Source: a virus (taxonomy: Duplodnaviria > Heunggongvirae > Uroviricota > Caudoviricetes). From it: 64,000 nucleotides of DNA. This document shows, one piece after another, positions 9,696-19,491 of the stretch (the first letter of the stretch is position 1; every line of letters starts with the position of its first letter). The stretch is from positions 42,321 to 106,320 of IMG/VR virus record IMGVR_UViG_3300020156_000001. One strand, written 5' to 3'. A program made the translations under genes and the position numbers. The notes under the pieces are model-generated. The model made no database searches. It was given only the letters and a program-made list of their open reading frames with translations, and was not told where the DNA came from.

Positions 9696-10870
9696 CTAAA
9701 TGATCTCCTGTTTGATTGAAATGCTGTGCCCAAGTCGATGTGATGGAACACAAACACAAGTCCGATACTTCCACCCACACTTAGCACCAATGCCATAACT
9801 GTCAACCAGGTTGGCACCGGGATCTGCGACTTGAGGAACTCAAATTCCTTCATTTCTCGCCGCTCGTAATGGGCTTTTGCTGTTTCGCTGATCTTGTTGA
9901 TAACATTGGGGAAGTTGATTGGTTGACCAATGCCTTCGCTAAGAGAATCGCGAATTGTAATGTCGTAGATGCTTTGCTTGGACCAGCTCATGCTTTCAGC
10001 CCACGCAAGCTTTCCATCGTTGACGCCCATAAACACAACAGCGTCGTTCTTCTTAAAGCCTTGCCAGAACCTACGCACGGCGTAAGGAAAATCCTCACTA
10101 GCAACCTTGGTATCCACAAGCACAAGAATCACATTCATTTGCTTGTTTGGTCCCAAATCCTTCAGCAAGTTTGATAACAAACCATTCACGTAGTTGGGCA
10201 CACTTACGTTACCAACGGCGATCACCCGATCCACGCGATAGTAATCATAAACTTCAATTGGATATTTGGGGAGAATGTTAAGGTACTTTTCCTCTGCCTT
10301 ACCATCCTCATGGAACACGCTGTTTGAAGCGCCACGGATCCAGTTGGTGTAGGACTTTTGTGCGGCCACTGGCTCACCCACATACGCGCTTGTGTAGCGT
10401 GGCGGCTCATACCGGCCCTGTGCATCAACGCGAGGAATGTAGAAAGTTTCCTTTACGTTGGAATCAAGCCAGTATTTGCGTTCCCAAGGATAGATGTAAT
10501 TGTACTGAGTCTTGTAGTCCTGGACAGCGTGGCAACGTTTATCCTTGCCTTCGCCCGAACATACTTTGCGCGGTGGACCATCCTTAACACGGCGTGTTGT
10601 GTATTCGGTGCAAAAACCATCAGTGTAGTCTTGCCAGCCAATTGGACAACGTTGCTGCTCAGTAATTTTGCGAGTAACCTCCCCGTTCCACAATTCATAA
10701 TCGTGTGTATCGGAGTACCTTCCACCCCACCAAACCAACGATACGATAATCGCAGGAATAACAGCTTGTGCGAGAGCTTCTAGTGGGGTAATCGATTCAT
10801 GCAGCAACCACATCACTAAACCAGCGATGATAATCGGCGTGAATATCGCAACGTAGAAAATAAAGTCCAT
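9692..10870 (-). CDS. Membrane protein with large periplasmic domain (TPM-like C-terminal part)
   Basis: Two N-terminal TMs, C-terminal TM, WQGFKKNDAVVF motif. Confidence 0.65.
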   Translation of the reverse strand: MDFIFYVAIFTPIIIAGLVMWLLHESITPLEALAQAVIPAIIVSLVWWGGRYSDTHDYELWNGEVTRKITEQQRCPIGWQDYTDGFCTEYTTRRVKDGPPRKVCSGEGKDKRCHAVQDYKTQYNYIYPWERKYWLDSNVKETFYIPRVDAQGRYEPPRYTSAYVGEPVAAQKSYTNWIRGASNSVFHEDGKAEEKYLNILPKYPIEVYDYYRVDRVIAVGNVSVPNYVNGLLSNLLKDLGPNKQMNVILVLVDTKVASEDFPYAVRRFWQGFKKNDAVVFMGVNDGKLAWAESMSWSKQSIYDITIRDSLSEGIGQPINFPNVINKISETAKAHYERREMKEFEFLKSQIPVPTWLTVMALVLSVGGSIGLVFVFHHIDLGTAFQSNRRSFR

Positions 10871-10919
10871 AAAGGATCTCCAATATTTGGGTCCTTTATA
10901 TGTTCAGGAAGTCAGGAAG

Positions 10920-11126
10920 TCAACCTTTGTCGAAAGGAGCTAGGATCTTTTTGATCTCCGCTTTGGCTTCTCTCTCAGAATAACGGTAAAACTTACGCCA
11001 GCTTGCTGCCGGATCTTCCATTGTAGTCCAAAAGATGCCAAACGTGGACACTTGGATATACCAAACGTCCTTTGATTCTCCAATCAGCGCACCGTTGATT
11101 GCGCGATATTGCCGCTTCCATGCCAT
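10920..11126 (-). CDS. Hypothetical protein
   Basis: Short ORF in operon. Confidence 0.5.
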   Translation of the reverse strand: MAWKRQYRAINGALIGESKDVWYIQVSTFGIFWTTMEDPAASWRKFYRYSEREAKAEIKKILAPFDKG

Positions 11127-11129
11127 GGC

Positions 11130-11624
11130 TTAATCCTTTTCACGGCGATAAAGAAGTTCCATCGACTTTGCTCGCCAACTCTCGCACAGATATCCGTGTC
11201 TAAAGTATGTGGTCTTGGAAAGCGAGCGCTTTGCTGACCAGCGCACCATAAAGAAACGCTCAGCATAATCATACCAATTATGGCTGTGGAGTACGGATGC
11301 TCTGGTAAAGTGCATGTGTAGGTGAGTGTTAATGGAATAAGCAGTGTCCACGTGTACGATTGGTCCACGTGGTTCCAAAATAAACCAGTTCTTCTTAAGA
11401 CTGCGGTAGCGATCACGGCGAGTAGCGGGATCTGCGGTTACCCATGTCTTAGGGATAACGATGCCATGCTTGCGAGCAACTTCGTTATAGATTTCCCACA
11501 CAAACTTGTAATTTGCGTGGTAAGCTTCCTTGTTATACCTATCGTTGTAGGTACTCCTAACACGCTTTGCGTCTAGGATATCATCGTGCTTGATGTCGTA
11601 ACTGTGATAGATTCCATGTGCCAT
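11130..11624 (-). CDS. Hypothetical protein
   Basis: 164 aa ORF in operon. Confidence 0.55.
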   Translation of the reverse strand: MAHGIYHSYDIKHDDILDAKRVRSTYNDRYNKEAYHANYKFVWEIYNEVARKHGIVIPKTWVTADPATRRDRYRSLKKNWFILEPRGPIVHVDTAYSINTHLHMHFTRASVLHSHNWYDYAERFFMVRWSAKRSLSKTTYFRHGYLCESWRAKSMELLYRREKD

Positions 11625-11643
11625 AATAGGAATCTAACTTGGA

Positions 11644-11982
11644 TCATGGTTTATGTTCAATATTAAAATAAACTGGAGTCATCCCAAGTTTAGCGGCCAT
11701 AGCATCGGCTTTGGTACGGAAGCCAATATAGTTAGTCAATGGTAAAGTTTTCCAGTGCCAAGGTTCCACGTTTTCCAAATATGGAGGTTGTAAGCCCCAA
11801 ATACTAATGCAAGCGGATTCAAGTTCCTGCTTAACTTTGTTTACATAAATTTCGTGGATGAATTTCACTTTGATTTGAGCGTCGATGCCAGAAATTAAAA
11901 GGTGTGGATGGTCTACCATATATGGTAAACGGTTTTCATCGTATTCGTATTCGTATTGAATAATGCTAGAAATTTTCGCCAT
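11644..11982 (-). CDS. FKL-motif family protein
   Basis: C-terminal FRTKADAMAAKL. Confidence 0.6.
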   Translation of the reverse strand: MAKISSIIQYEYEYDENRLPYMVDHPHLLISGIDAQIKVKFIHEIYVNKVKQELESACISIWGLQPPYLENVEPWHWKTLPLTNYIGFRTKADAMAAKLGMTPVYFNIEHKP

Positions 11983-12457
11983 TGAAGAGTCCTCCAGAGC
12001 GTTCGACCGTAACACCATCAAACAGAATCCTAAATTTAGCTGCATCACTGCGCTCTCTAAACGCAAAAGCAGCATGGTTGTGGTTACGATACCAACGAGC
12101 ACTTGGCTTGTTATATCCTCGGCCAAAGCTGGCGTTGCATTGCTTGTCCAGCCAACGATACACCGGATGTTGCTTTGGAATCACATAAGTGTGGTTGGAT
12201 TCATCACACGCTTGGGGAACAAAAAGAAACTTTCGGTGCGGACTCATATCCAATGGAAGCTCATCGCACATCTTTATGATAAGTGTGAAGTCCGCTGGTG
12301 GCAAACTGTCCTTCTTTGAAGATGCCCGCATGGAGTACCTTGGGTTCATCATCGGTAAAATCATATTTTGCGCGGTCAAGATCGACGCAACTGAATGTGG
12401 TTTAACCGTTTTTATTGTGGACATCAATACTTTGTGATGTGAAATCGAATTAGTCAT
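11966..12457 (-). CDS. FKL-motif family protein
   Basis: FRERSDAAKFRILF. Confidence 0.6.
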   Translation of the reverse strand: MTNSISHHKVLMSTIKTVKPHSVASILTAQNMILPMMNPRYSMRASSKKDSLPPADFTLIIKMCDELPLDMSPHRKFLFVPQACDESNHTYVIPKQHPVYRWLDKQCNASFGRGYNKPSARWYRNHNHAAFAFRERSDAAKFRILFDGVTVERSGGLFNGENF

Positions 12458-12780
12458 AGAACACACACCGTATCCTGAGACAAGTCAATTTCAGTACCAT
12501 CCCATGTGGTTCTAAACAGCATGGCGTGCTTTTTGTTACCATAGGTGAAACCATTAACAGATGACACCACAATTCTGTTTATTAGGTTTGGCATCCAAAG
12601 CCAAGGATTTGGCCTACCAAAAGCATCATAGTTCCATTGTATCAAATTCTGGGAAAGTTTCCATTCGTCTAAAAGATGAGAACGTGAACCCGTATGGATC
12701 ATATCCATCGCTATCACTAACACCTTATGAGGTGTGGGTGAGGTTGGATGATATTCATAAGTACATTTGAGGTACGACAT
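12454..12780 (-). CDS. FKL-motif family protein
   Basis: YGNKKHAMLFRTTW. Confidence 0.55.
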   Translation of the reverse strand: MSYLKCTYEYHPTSPTPHKVLVIAMDMIHTGSRSHLLDEWKLSQNLIQWNYDAFGRPNPWLWMPNLINRIVVSSVNGFTYGNKKHAMLFRTTWDGTEIDLSQDTVCVL

Positions 12781-12839
12781 ACTTGAGCCCAGCAATTATC
12801 CTGCTGATGCTAACTGGTATGTCGATGTTTTGCAAGAGC

Positions 12840-13139
12840 TTAGTCGTTCCAAATCTTTACGCGAAGGTAACCGAACATTGGATGAGTGCAATGGTATTCC
12901 CAGTACTCACGTTCGTTTTCCTGCGTGTTCATTCCCTGATTTGGATAAAGCTGAACAAATTCCAGCGTTCGTTGGGTGCGGGTGCTACGGAGATAAAACA
13001 TTGGCTTGCCGGTGCTGCGATCCGGCTTTGGGACCAAATCACTTAGATCGCTGGCTTCTGCCGTGAACAGCTTGGAATCCGCATGATACGTAAAGTTGTC
13101 CGTATCGATTACCGAATATCCTGCCATCGTTGCGATCAT
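12840..13139 (-). CDS. Hypothetical protein (paralog of 43415..43699)
   Basis: FYLRSTRT...KIWND; directly behind early promoter. Confidence 0.65.
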   Translation of the reverse strand: MIATMAGYSVIDTDNFTYHADSKLFTAEASDLSDLVPKPDRSTGKPMFYLRSTRTQRTLEFVQLYPNQGMNTQENEREYWEYHCTHPMFGYLRVKIWND

Positions 13140-13188
13140 CGTTAGCTCCTTTGTTTGTACTTGTAATCTAGCACAACTCAGGAAGTTG

Positions 13189-13509
13189 TCAATCCTGAAA
13201 TGCCAGTTTTATTACCAACGCGTCCTCTTTTTTGCGGAACTTTACGCAACGATATCCATTAGAAGCTTCGGCCGCCCATGGTACGTAGGCAACGCCAAGA
13301 CGGGGAAACCTTTCCTCGCATAGCTCTTCTAGTTGCCTCCAAAGCATACTGTGTTGATCTATGCTGGCAATTCTTCCATCCTCACTAAACCGTTGGAACT
13401 TGAGAGTGTGAGGAAAAACAAAAGTTGGATTTACTAGTTCGTAAACCAATTTGGGAGGACCAAACTTAGGCGGCCGCCAGCTACCACCCAAAATAACATC
13501 AATACCCAC
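13189..13509 (-). CDS. FKL-motif family protein
   Basis: FRKKEDALVIKLAF. Confidence 0.7.
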   Translation of the reverse strand: MGIDVILGGSWRPPKFGPPKLVYELVNPTFVFPHTLKFQRFSEDGRIASIDQHSMLWRQLEELCEERFPRLGVAYVPWAAEASNGYRCVKFRKKEDALVIKLAFQD

Positions 13510-13521
13510 GTGAAACTCCTT

Positions 13522-13875
13522 TTACGGAGTATATGCGAGTTTAATCATTACTGCATCCGATTTTTTAACAAAAACAAATCGGTCTTCTTGAAACTTCCAT
13601 GTGGGACCGCGAAGAAATGTTCGTGCATCGCCAATACGTTCCTCACAAAGCGCCGTAAGTTGACTCCAGCTGGAATGCGCGGGACTTGCCGGCACAACAT
13701 GCCCCAGCTTATTGTACATGCGTGGAACCAGCGCATATCGATAACGAAAAACAAAGCCAGGCTTTTCTACAAACTCCAGCTTGAAATCGGTATACCGACG
13801 CATGGTGCGGAGTTCTTCTTCGGTGTAACCGTCAATATAAGTGCCCATTTCCGATCCACCCCAACTTTCTTCCAT
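13522..13875 (-). CDS. FKL-motif family protein
   Basis: FVKKSDAVMIKLAY. Confidence 0.7.
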   Translation of the reverse strand: MEESWGGSEMGTYIDGYTEEELRTMRRYTDFKLEFVEKPGFVFRYRYALVPRMYNKLGHVVPASPAHSSWSQLTALCEERIGDARTFLRGPTWKFQEDRFVFVKKSDAVMIKLAYTP

Positions 13876-14204
13876 TAGCCAAATACCATCTTGAATTGCA
13901 TGGCATGGGCTTTACGCCGAAACTCAATGCGATTCCTGCTGGGACTGACAAAGTAGCTGATCTGAAAGAATCCGCTACCAAACCGCGTGAAGTTCTCTTG
14001 GCAATATTCGTGGGCAGTTTTCCAAAACAGATCACCCGGCCGAACTGACCAAGTGGTGCCCTGGTCATTTTCCCATCTTACATGGAGAACATGTTTTTGT
14101 AGAGCATACCAAGGCCCTTCCTTCTTGTAAGAGAAGATTGGTTTTGCTGCGAAAGGATACCACCCTGCCCCGTTGTCGTCGATTTCCATTACCGATCCTT
14201 CCAA
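13875..14204 (-). CDS. FKL-motif family protein
   Basis: FRRKAHAMQFKMVFG. Confidence 0.7.
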   Translation of the reverse strand: MEGSVMEIDDNGAGWYPFAAKPIFSYKKEGPWYALQKHVLHVRWENDQGTTWSVRPGDLFWKTAHEYCQENFTRFGSGFFQISYFVSPSRNRIEFRRKAHAMQFKMVFG

Positions 14205-14467
14205 GCTTCAAACAATGGAACGCCGATGATATCACCGGGCTTTGCATCTTCATAGGACACCGGAGGAAGCGCACCAATGGCCGTCATATGCTTGCGTGGC
14301 GGACGTTCGGGAACTGTTTCCTTGAGCTTTGCTGGCTGATGGTAGCCGGGGTTCAAAGCCTTACGTGAGGGGCTGGATGGAAAATACGGATAAACCGTTC
14401 GAGCATTGTTCATCTGCACGATGAGCATTGCGGATTGGATCATCGGTAAGATATTGATAAAGCTCAT
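14189..14467 (-). CDS. Hypothetical protein
   Basis: ORF filling operon gap. Confidence 0.45.
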   Translation of the reverse strand: MSFINILPMIQSAMLIVQMNNARTVYPYFPSSPSRKALNPGYHQPAKLKETVPERPPRKHMTAIGALPPVSYEDAKPGDIIGVPLFEAWKDR

Positions 14468-14468
14468 C

Positions 14469-14819
14469 TTACTTTTCCATCTTCCACTTGAGGTATTCAG
14501 TGGCCTCGTCAGCAAAGTTTTTCGTTAGTTCGGATTCTGCCACCAACGCAAACTTTTGCCAAGTGTGAAGGAACTTGGATGCTGCGATGGTGTCGAGAAA
14601 GCTGCACACGGTTTGCGGAACCATTGGAACAATATCTAGGGCATCGGTTTCTATTTCATACTTACCATCGACAAATGCGATGATCTTGCTCATGTAAAAG
14701 CCAATATGAAAAAGCTTACTTTCCAAGCAAACGCCACCGCCGGTACCTATCCATGTTACTTGGCCGGTAAAGGTTCCGCGATCGCTGCGAACTGTGATAA
14801 TGTCGTTAACGTTGAACAT
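14469..14819 (-). CDS. Hypothetical protein
   Basis: AGGAGATCGAAAATG RBS. Confidence 0.7.
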   Translation of the reverse strand: MFNVNDIITVRSDRGTFTGQVTWIGTGGGVCLESKLFHIGFYMSKIIAFVDGKYEIETDALDIVPMVPQTVCSFLDTIAASKFLHTWQKFALVAESELTKNFADEATEYLKWKMEK

Positions 14820-14841
14820 TTCGATCTCCTTGATCTGCGCG

Positions 14842-15123
14842 TTAGTTAATCGCGTAGATGTCAATTCCCTTTGCTTCAGCAGCTTTGACCGCGGCCTTAA
14901 CAGCTTTGCGATCCATCTTAAACGACCAAACCGAACCAACAGCAAAGCCAGCTTCACGCAGTGCTTCCGACATATCGGTGTCGATCTTCGTCATCCACTT
15001 GCCGCTCTTGTGGAATGTTGATTCGGCGGAGATCTTGGAGATCGGCTTGCTCTTGGCCCAACCATCGAGGAAGTTTGCAGCCTTGAGAATTTCAAGTTCT
15101 GTAAGCTTCTTTGCCTTAGCCAT
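14842..15123 (-). CDS. Hypothetical basic protein
   Basis: GGAGATCGAAAATG RBS, early promoter upstream. Confidence 0.7.
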   Translation of the reverse strand: MAKAKKLTELEILKAANFLDGWAKSKPISKISAESTFHKSGKWMTKIDTDMSEALREAGFAVGSVWSFKMDRKAVKAAVKAAEAKGIDIYAIN

Positions 15124-15213
15124 TTTCGATCTCCGTTGTTTGTTCCTATGTTCTGAATCTAACATAGAGTAGGAAGGAGTCAACCGATTCAATCGTTGAT
15201 GAACCAAAAATGA

Positions 15214-15705
15214 TTACCATTTTGGATTTTTGAGATTTGTCCCATTACGCTTATGGACTCGCATATGATCTACAATTTCAGTCACGCCTTTTATCAATAA
15301 TCCTGCATTAATATCGCCTGACTCCAATGTTAAGCCATGGATCATAATAGAGACATAGAATTCTGGCTGTACCTTTTTATTGAACAGAAACAAAAACACA
15401 CTTGCATATTTTTCATAACTTCTGTTGATGGCACCAAATTCACGAACAGCCGCAAGTCTTGGGTATAGTAGGAAGGGATTTTCTTCTAAGACTATATCTG
15501 GCTCACGCACACCCACACTTCTTGCAAAATCTACTTGCTTTTTGAATTCATTTGAATCTGTCTCACAGCGGAAGGCGAATTCATACATCTGCTGAAATTT
15601 TACAAATCCCTGGTGACGAGTACTTGAGGGAATGAATCCTTTGCAAGGATTAAAGGGAGTATGTGGTGTGTGATCCTCAAGCAGCATAATCGTCTCCTGT
15701 TTCAT
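15214..15705 (-). CDS. Hypothetical protein (possibly leaderless mRNA)
   Basis: ATG a few nt after promoter -10 box. Confidence 0.6.
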   Translation of the reverse strand: MKQETIMLLEDHTPHTPFNPCKGFIPSSTRHQGFVKFQQMYEFAFRCETDSNEFKKQVDFARSVGVREPDIVLEENPFLLYPRLAAVREFGAINRSYEKYASVFLFLFNKKVQPEFYVSIMIHGLTLESGDINAGLLIKGVTEIVDHMRVHKRNGTNLKNPKW

Positions 15706-15738
15706 TTAGGAAACTAACATAGGAACTAGGTTTGTCAA

Positions 15739-16095
15739 CTAAGAACAATAATCCACATACAAAGGAAAAAGATCATAGGTGGTTTTACCCTTAAACATTA
15801 ACACGAACAGAATGGCATCCGCATGATCTCGAAAGGTAAAGACTAGTTCTGATCGTGGCCGTCGATCCCATCTATAATTCATACCTATGCCTTGGGCACC
15901 AAACATGTTAACCATTTCGTGCCGTAGGTAAAACTGCCACATTTCAAAATGTTCGGTTACGTCCCATACCGGAACAACACCGTCATAATATCTCTCATAC
16001 TTTGGGCCAAAGTTGTACTTTAGGGAAACCCAATGAGGCTTCCATCGAGAACGATCATGAAAGTGATAATCCAAATAATAGTGGAATACTTGCAT
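15739..16095 (-). CDS. FKL-motif family protein
   Basis: FRDHADAILFVLMF. Confidence 0.65.
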   Translation of the reverse strand: MQVFHYYLDYHFHDRSRWKPHWVSLKYNFGPKYERYYDGVVPVWDVTEHFEMWQFYLRHEMVNMFGAQGIGMNYRWDRRPRSELVFTFRDHADAILFVLMFKGKTTYDLFPLYVDYCS

Positions 16096-16199
16096 ACTGC
16101 TATTCTTCTAGAATCCTTTGAGGTAACCTAGCATGAGTAGTAAGTTTGTCAAACAGATATGGAAAAGGCTCCCACTAGGAGAGCCTTGACCATTGCTAA

Positions 16200-16841
16200 T
16201 TACAGACCACGGAGTGCTTGATCTTCTTCAGTCGAGCAACCAGGGCCGCCGAAGAAGTAGTTGAGTTCAACAAACGTCTTCTCGTCGCTTGTTGCAACCA
16301 TCTTCATTGTAATTGAAGTACCGTGGGGAAGAACCGCCGGAGAGTTGGTCCATTCCTTGCTGAACTGTTTGACGCCAGCCTTGACTGCTGCGGCAAACTG
16401 ATCAGCCGACTGATAACCAACCGAATTGCCGGCAGCATTGGAATTCTTTTCAGAAGTTGCCGGGCCGTACTTGCGGCCGAGAAGAACTGCCAGCTTTTCG
16501 TAAGCCTTGGTAACCTGCCAGCCGGTGCGATCGCCGCGGAAGACCTGAGAATATGCAGTCACGTTGCAGATGCCGTCGCGTGGACCACTGCGAGTTTCTA
16601 CAGTGTAAGCGCCGAACATTGCATTCTTTTCCGGAAGCCCCTTGCAGTCGTAGAGGTCATCTTCGAACACCGTGCAGCCGAGTGTTTCGAGATCCGAATT
16701 CTGCGTAACGCCGAAGGGAGCAAATTCCGAAAGCTGAGCTTCCTTGGCCGGAGTTGCAGCCGGCGCATCAGCCATTGCTGGAGTTGCCGAAAGCATTGCG
16801 ATGGCTGCGAGCGCAAACATTGACCTATGGGTGAATTTCAT
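16200..16841 (-). CDS. Exported hypothetical protein
   Basis: Signal peptide ending AMA-D; consensus RBS and promoter. Confidence 0.75.
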   Translation of the reverse strand: MKFTHRSMFALAAIAMLSATPAMADAPAATPAKEAQLSEFAPFGVTQNSDLETLGCTVFEDDLYDCKGLPEKNAMFGAYTVETRSGPRDGICNVTAYSQVFRGDRTGWQVTKAYEKLAVLLGRKYGPATSEKNSNAAGNSVGYQSADQFAAAVKAGVKQFSKEWTNSPAVLPHGTSITMKMVATSDEKTFVELNYFFGGPGCSTEEDQALRGL

Positions 16842-16908
16842 TTTCGATCTCCTATGTTTCAATAAACCAGTTCTAACACAGGATTAGGAGATGTCAACAC
16901 CAGATATG

Positions 16909-16936
16909 GAAAAAGCTCCCACAAGGGGAGCCTTTT
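16909..16936 (-). terminator. Intrinsic terminator ending the large ncRNA
   Basis: GCTCCC-N-GGGAGC hairpin followed by TTTTTCCATATC on - strand. Confidence 0.75.
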
Positions 16937-17949
16937 CGAAAAGCCTGAGAATACAGCTTTTTGCGGTGACCTTCTAGGATTATCCTTTGCCTTGCGAGCT
17001 AGGTTCCCTTTCATCCACATACTTGGCTTTCACCTAAGTACGTATCCACCAATGCTGCCGACTTGTATACCGCAGGCGTTAGCGGTGACATACGTTGCTA
17101 TTCGACAGTTTCCAATCCACCGACCCTGCCGAGCCGTTCACCAGGCGCTAACCCAGTTATGAACCTTCTTCTATCAACACACTTTGGCTTGCGACCTCCA
17201 TGTGACTCCATTAGCTTGCGCCTGGAGCATTAAGCACCTTTCACAACGTACCGAAACAGACTTTGCGTTTTCATATAGCGGTTTGCTAACCAAAAGCAGA
17301 GCTGTGTCAACCCATTAAGACGTGCTGTTTCCTGGTTTCATGAATGTTTCCATTCACCAAATGCCAGACGCCTCGTACCTTTCGCCTTGCGAGCTACTTA
17401 GTCATCCTTCACGGATTCAGCCGTTGCAGGCCGTATCCATTTGTATTGCCAGTTGCCCTTCCTTGCGGGGTCGGACTGACCTGACTACACGTTGACCATT
17501 AACAGTCGACAAGTTTGCGTGAGCAGGTTAGCTTGCGGGCCTTACATCCTCACCGATCGGCTCTGGATGATTGTCCTTTCGGGACACCTTACTCCTTGTC
17601 TTCCTGTATAGTACCAACTTTCGTTGATACCTCCTACGCGGAAGGTCCGTGCTTGCTTAGTGGGGCCATATTGCTATGGTGCGCTTCATTGGGGATCCAC
17701 GCTTTAAACTAAGTTGCCCTAGTCTATCCCTTTATCGGCCCTAAGCGGCCAAACTTTTTGGAATTTGCATTCCTGAACCGTTCTACTTGGGCCTATACAA
17801 GGTGAGCCTCGAATCTCACATCGTACCGGGGTTCCTGTATCGTACTACCTTTCCTAGTCCAACACGCTTGGGTTACTTTCCTCACCAAGCTACATTGTAT
17901 AGGCCAAAGCAGAACCAGTTCCTGTTGCAAACGTTTCCGCTTGCGTCAT
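16935..17949 (-). ncRNA. Large structured ncRNA, GOLLD-like (~1 kb)
   Basis: 1 kb without credible ORF; many C-GCAA-G and GAAA tetraloop hairpins on - strand; 21-bp long-range helix 17780-17800/17895-17915; own promoter and terminator. Confidence 0.7.
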
Positions 17950-17955
17950 GTTCTT

Positions 17956-17984
17956 GTTATACGATAAGTCTGTTTCTGCCGCAA
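17956..17984 (-). promoter_or_regulatory. Sigma70-like promoter of the large ncRNA
   Basis: TTGCGG-N17-TATAAC on - strand. Confidence 0.6.
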
Positions 17985-18114
17985 TATAAAAAATCAACTT
18001 TTTGTGAAAAAAGTTCTAAGCGTTTGAAAACAAAGGCATCTTTAGGTTATACATGACTTTGGTTGACATTTTTATAAACAGGTACTAGTATTTGTCTACA
18101 CTAAGGAGACCCCA

Positions 18115-18312
18115 ATGGGCTTGTTTGATTACGGTTTTGAGAAGAAGCAGAAGAGCCCTAGCAGAAGCCTTCATGATGGCATTGGCCTTATGATACTGCT
18201 GGCAATTATTTTGGTCCCACTGGGTATGTTTTTTCGGCTTCTCCCATATCTTCTAATCATTGGGGCGCTTTGGGCCGCATTCTACTATGGGAGTCAAGCG
18301 TTAGGATTTTAA
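18115..18312 (+). CDS. Small membrane protein
   Basis: AAGGAG RBS, TTGACA promoter at ~18063, two hydrophobic segments. Confidence 0.7.
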   Translation: MGLFDYGFEKKQKSPSRSLHDGIGLMILLAIILVPLGMFFRLLPYLLIIGALWAAFYYGSQALGF

Positions 18313-18451
18313 CGGAGGAACAAAGCATGACCAAGAAAAGTATCGTGTACTATGGTAATGTGTTTCTTGTAGGAGTGGCTTTCATCTTCATCGGCTCACT
18401 CCTTTTCTGACATGACAATGGCCCGGAATTATTCCGGACCATTTCCATGAC

Positions 18452-18781
18452 TTAGTTTGTAGTCTGTAGGAGTTCGATTTCCTCCGCAGTAAAGCCTAGA
18501 TCCTTAGCGCGTTGGATGATTGCCTCACGCTTGGTGACCTTGTTTTGGATCTCAAGATCCTCGGCTGACGGTTCTTGCAGGTGCATTTCGGTGTACCACT
18601 TACCATCGTGGTACCAAGCTTCGCCCTTTATGACCGGGCAGTCGTGGCCCATAACGTAGTTCTTCTTCGCAAGCCGTCTTGCGGTGGATTCAAACTCGCA
18701 ATACGCGCTTATGTATTGGCGGCCGCGGCCCTCGGTGAGATCAGTGTTTGTGTGAACAGTCCAAATCGTGCGCTTTTCCAT
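18452..18781 (-). CDS. Conserved phage hypothetical protein
   Basis: NTDLTEGRG motif; coupled ORF. Confidence 0.7.
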   Translation of the reverse strand: MEKRTIWTVHTNTDLTEGRGRQYISAYCEFESTARRLAKKNYVMGHDCPVIKGEAWYHDGKWYTEMHLQEPSAEDLEIQNKVTKREAIIQRAKDLGFTAEEIELLQTTN

Positions 18782-19005
18782 CAGAGTTCTCCCATTGCCC
18801 GCAGTTTGCGAATTTCAGCTTGGTCGGCGATACAAAGCATTGTTTCCGTATAAACCCAATCATCCAAATCCGATTTTCCCAGTTTAGCCGAATATCCGGC
18901 TGATGCTTTGCAATCGTCAAAGGTGTCAAACGTGAGGCCGGTTGGCCCACCTTTGGTTGTCATCATAACAAAGCCGAGAAGAATTGTTGGGAGAACCTTA
19001 CGCAT
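18781..19005 (-). CDS. Hypothetical protein
   Basis: GGAGG RBS before MRKV; TFDTFDDC motif. Confidence 0.5.
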   Translation of the reverse strand: MRKVLPTILLGFVMMTTKGGPTGLTFDTFDDCKASAGYSAKLGKSDLDDWVYTETMLCIADQAEIRKLRAMGEL

Positions 19006-19417
19006 TGGGAGCCTCCACTGTTGCGCAGTGCCAGCTTTCCATTCCGCCGCCATCCCAGTCGTACTTGAAGACTCCAACCAGACCATTATCTTCGGCCCAT
19101 TGGAAGAATGACACCAAAGCAGTAGCATGGGCATGACTTGCAAATGCGGTACGAGCTTCGTTTACGCCCTTGATCGTTTTGCTGGGCCAGTTATAGCCGT
19201 TCCACGGTTCGTTTCTTGCAAGGCGAATTTTGCTTGGCGTCTTGTCCGACAGAATGTCTGCTTCAAGATCCGCAGCGATTTCCTTGAGCCGATCGGTGAT
19301 CGTCGCGTTGTCCTTTGCAAACTTTGCTGCTTCCTGTTCGCGCATTCGAGTCTCAGCCAGGCTGATTGCCTGTGCGCGTGCTTCGTTTGCCGCTTTAAGC
19401 TTTTCACCAAGATTCAT
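18998..19417 (-). CDS. Hypothetical protein
   Basis: AGGAGATCG RBS, early promoter upstream. Confidence 0.7.
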   Translation of the reverse strand: MNLGEKLKAANEARAQAISLAETRMREQEAAKFAKDNATITDRLKEIAADLEADILSDKTPSKIRLARNEPWNGYNWPSKTIKGVNEARTAFASHAHATALVSFFQWAEDNGLVGVFKYDWDGGGMESWHCATVEAPNA

Positions 19418-19491
19418 TGCCGATCTCCTTTGCTTTGTTATGATCAACATAGCATGAATAGGAAGAACGTCAACCAGTTTTCTTCCTGTTT

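Noticed and set aside
16935-17949. Group I/II intron, rRNA or RNase P RNA
   Set aside because: No interrupted gene flanks it, and I could not find rRNA, RNase P or intron core signatures by eye. A covariance search is still needed.
17515-18056. + strand ORFs 17515..17712 and 17787..18056
   Set aside because: No RBS, TTG starts, implausible composition; they are antisense to the structured RNA.
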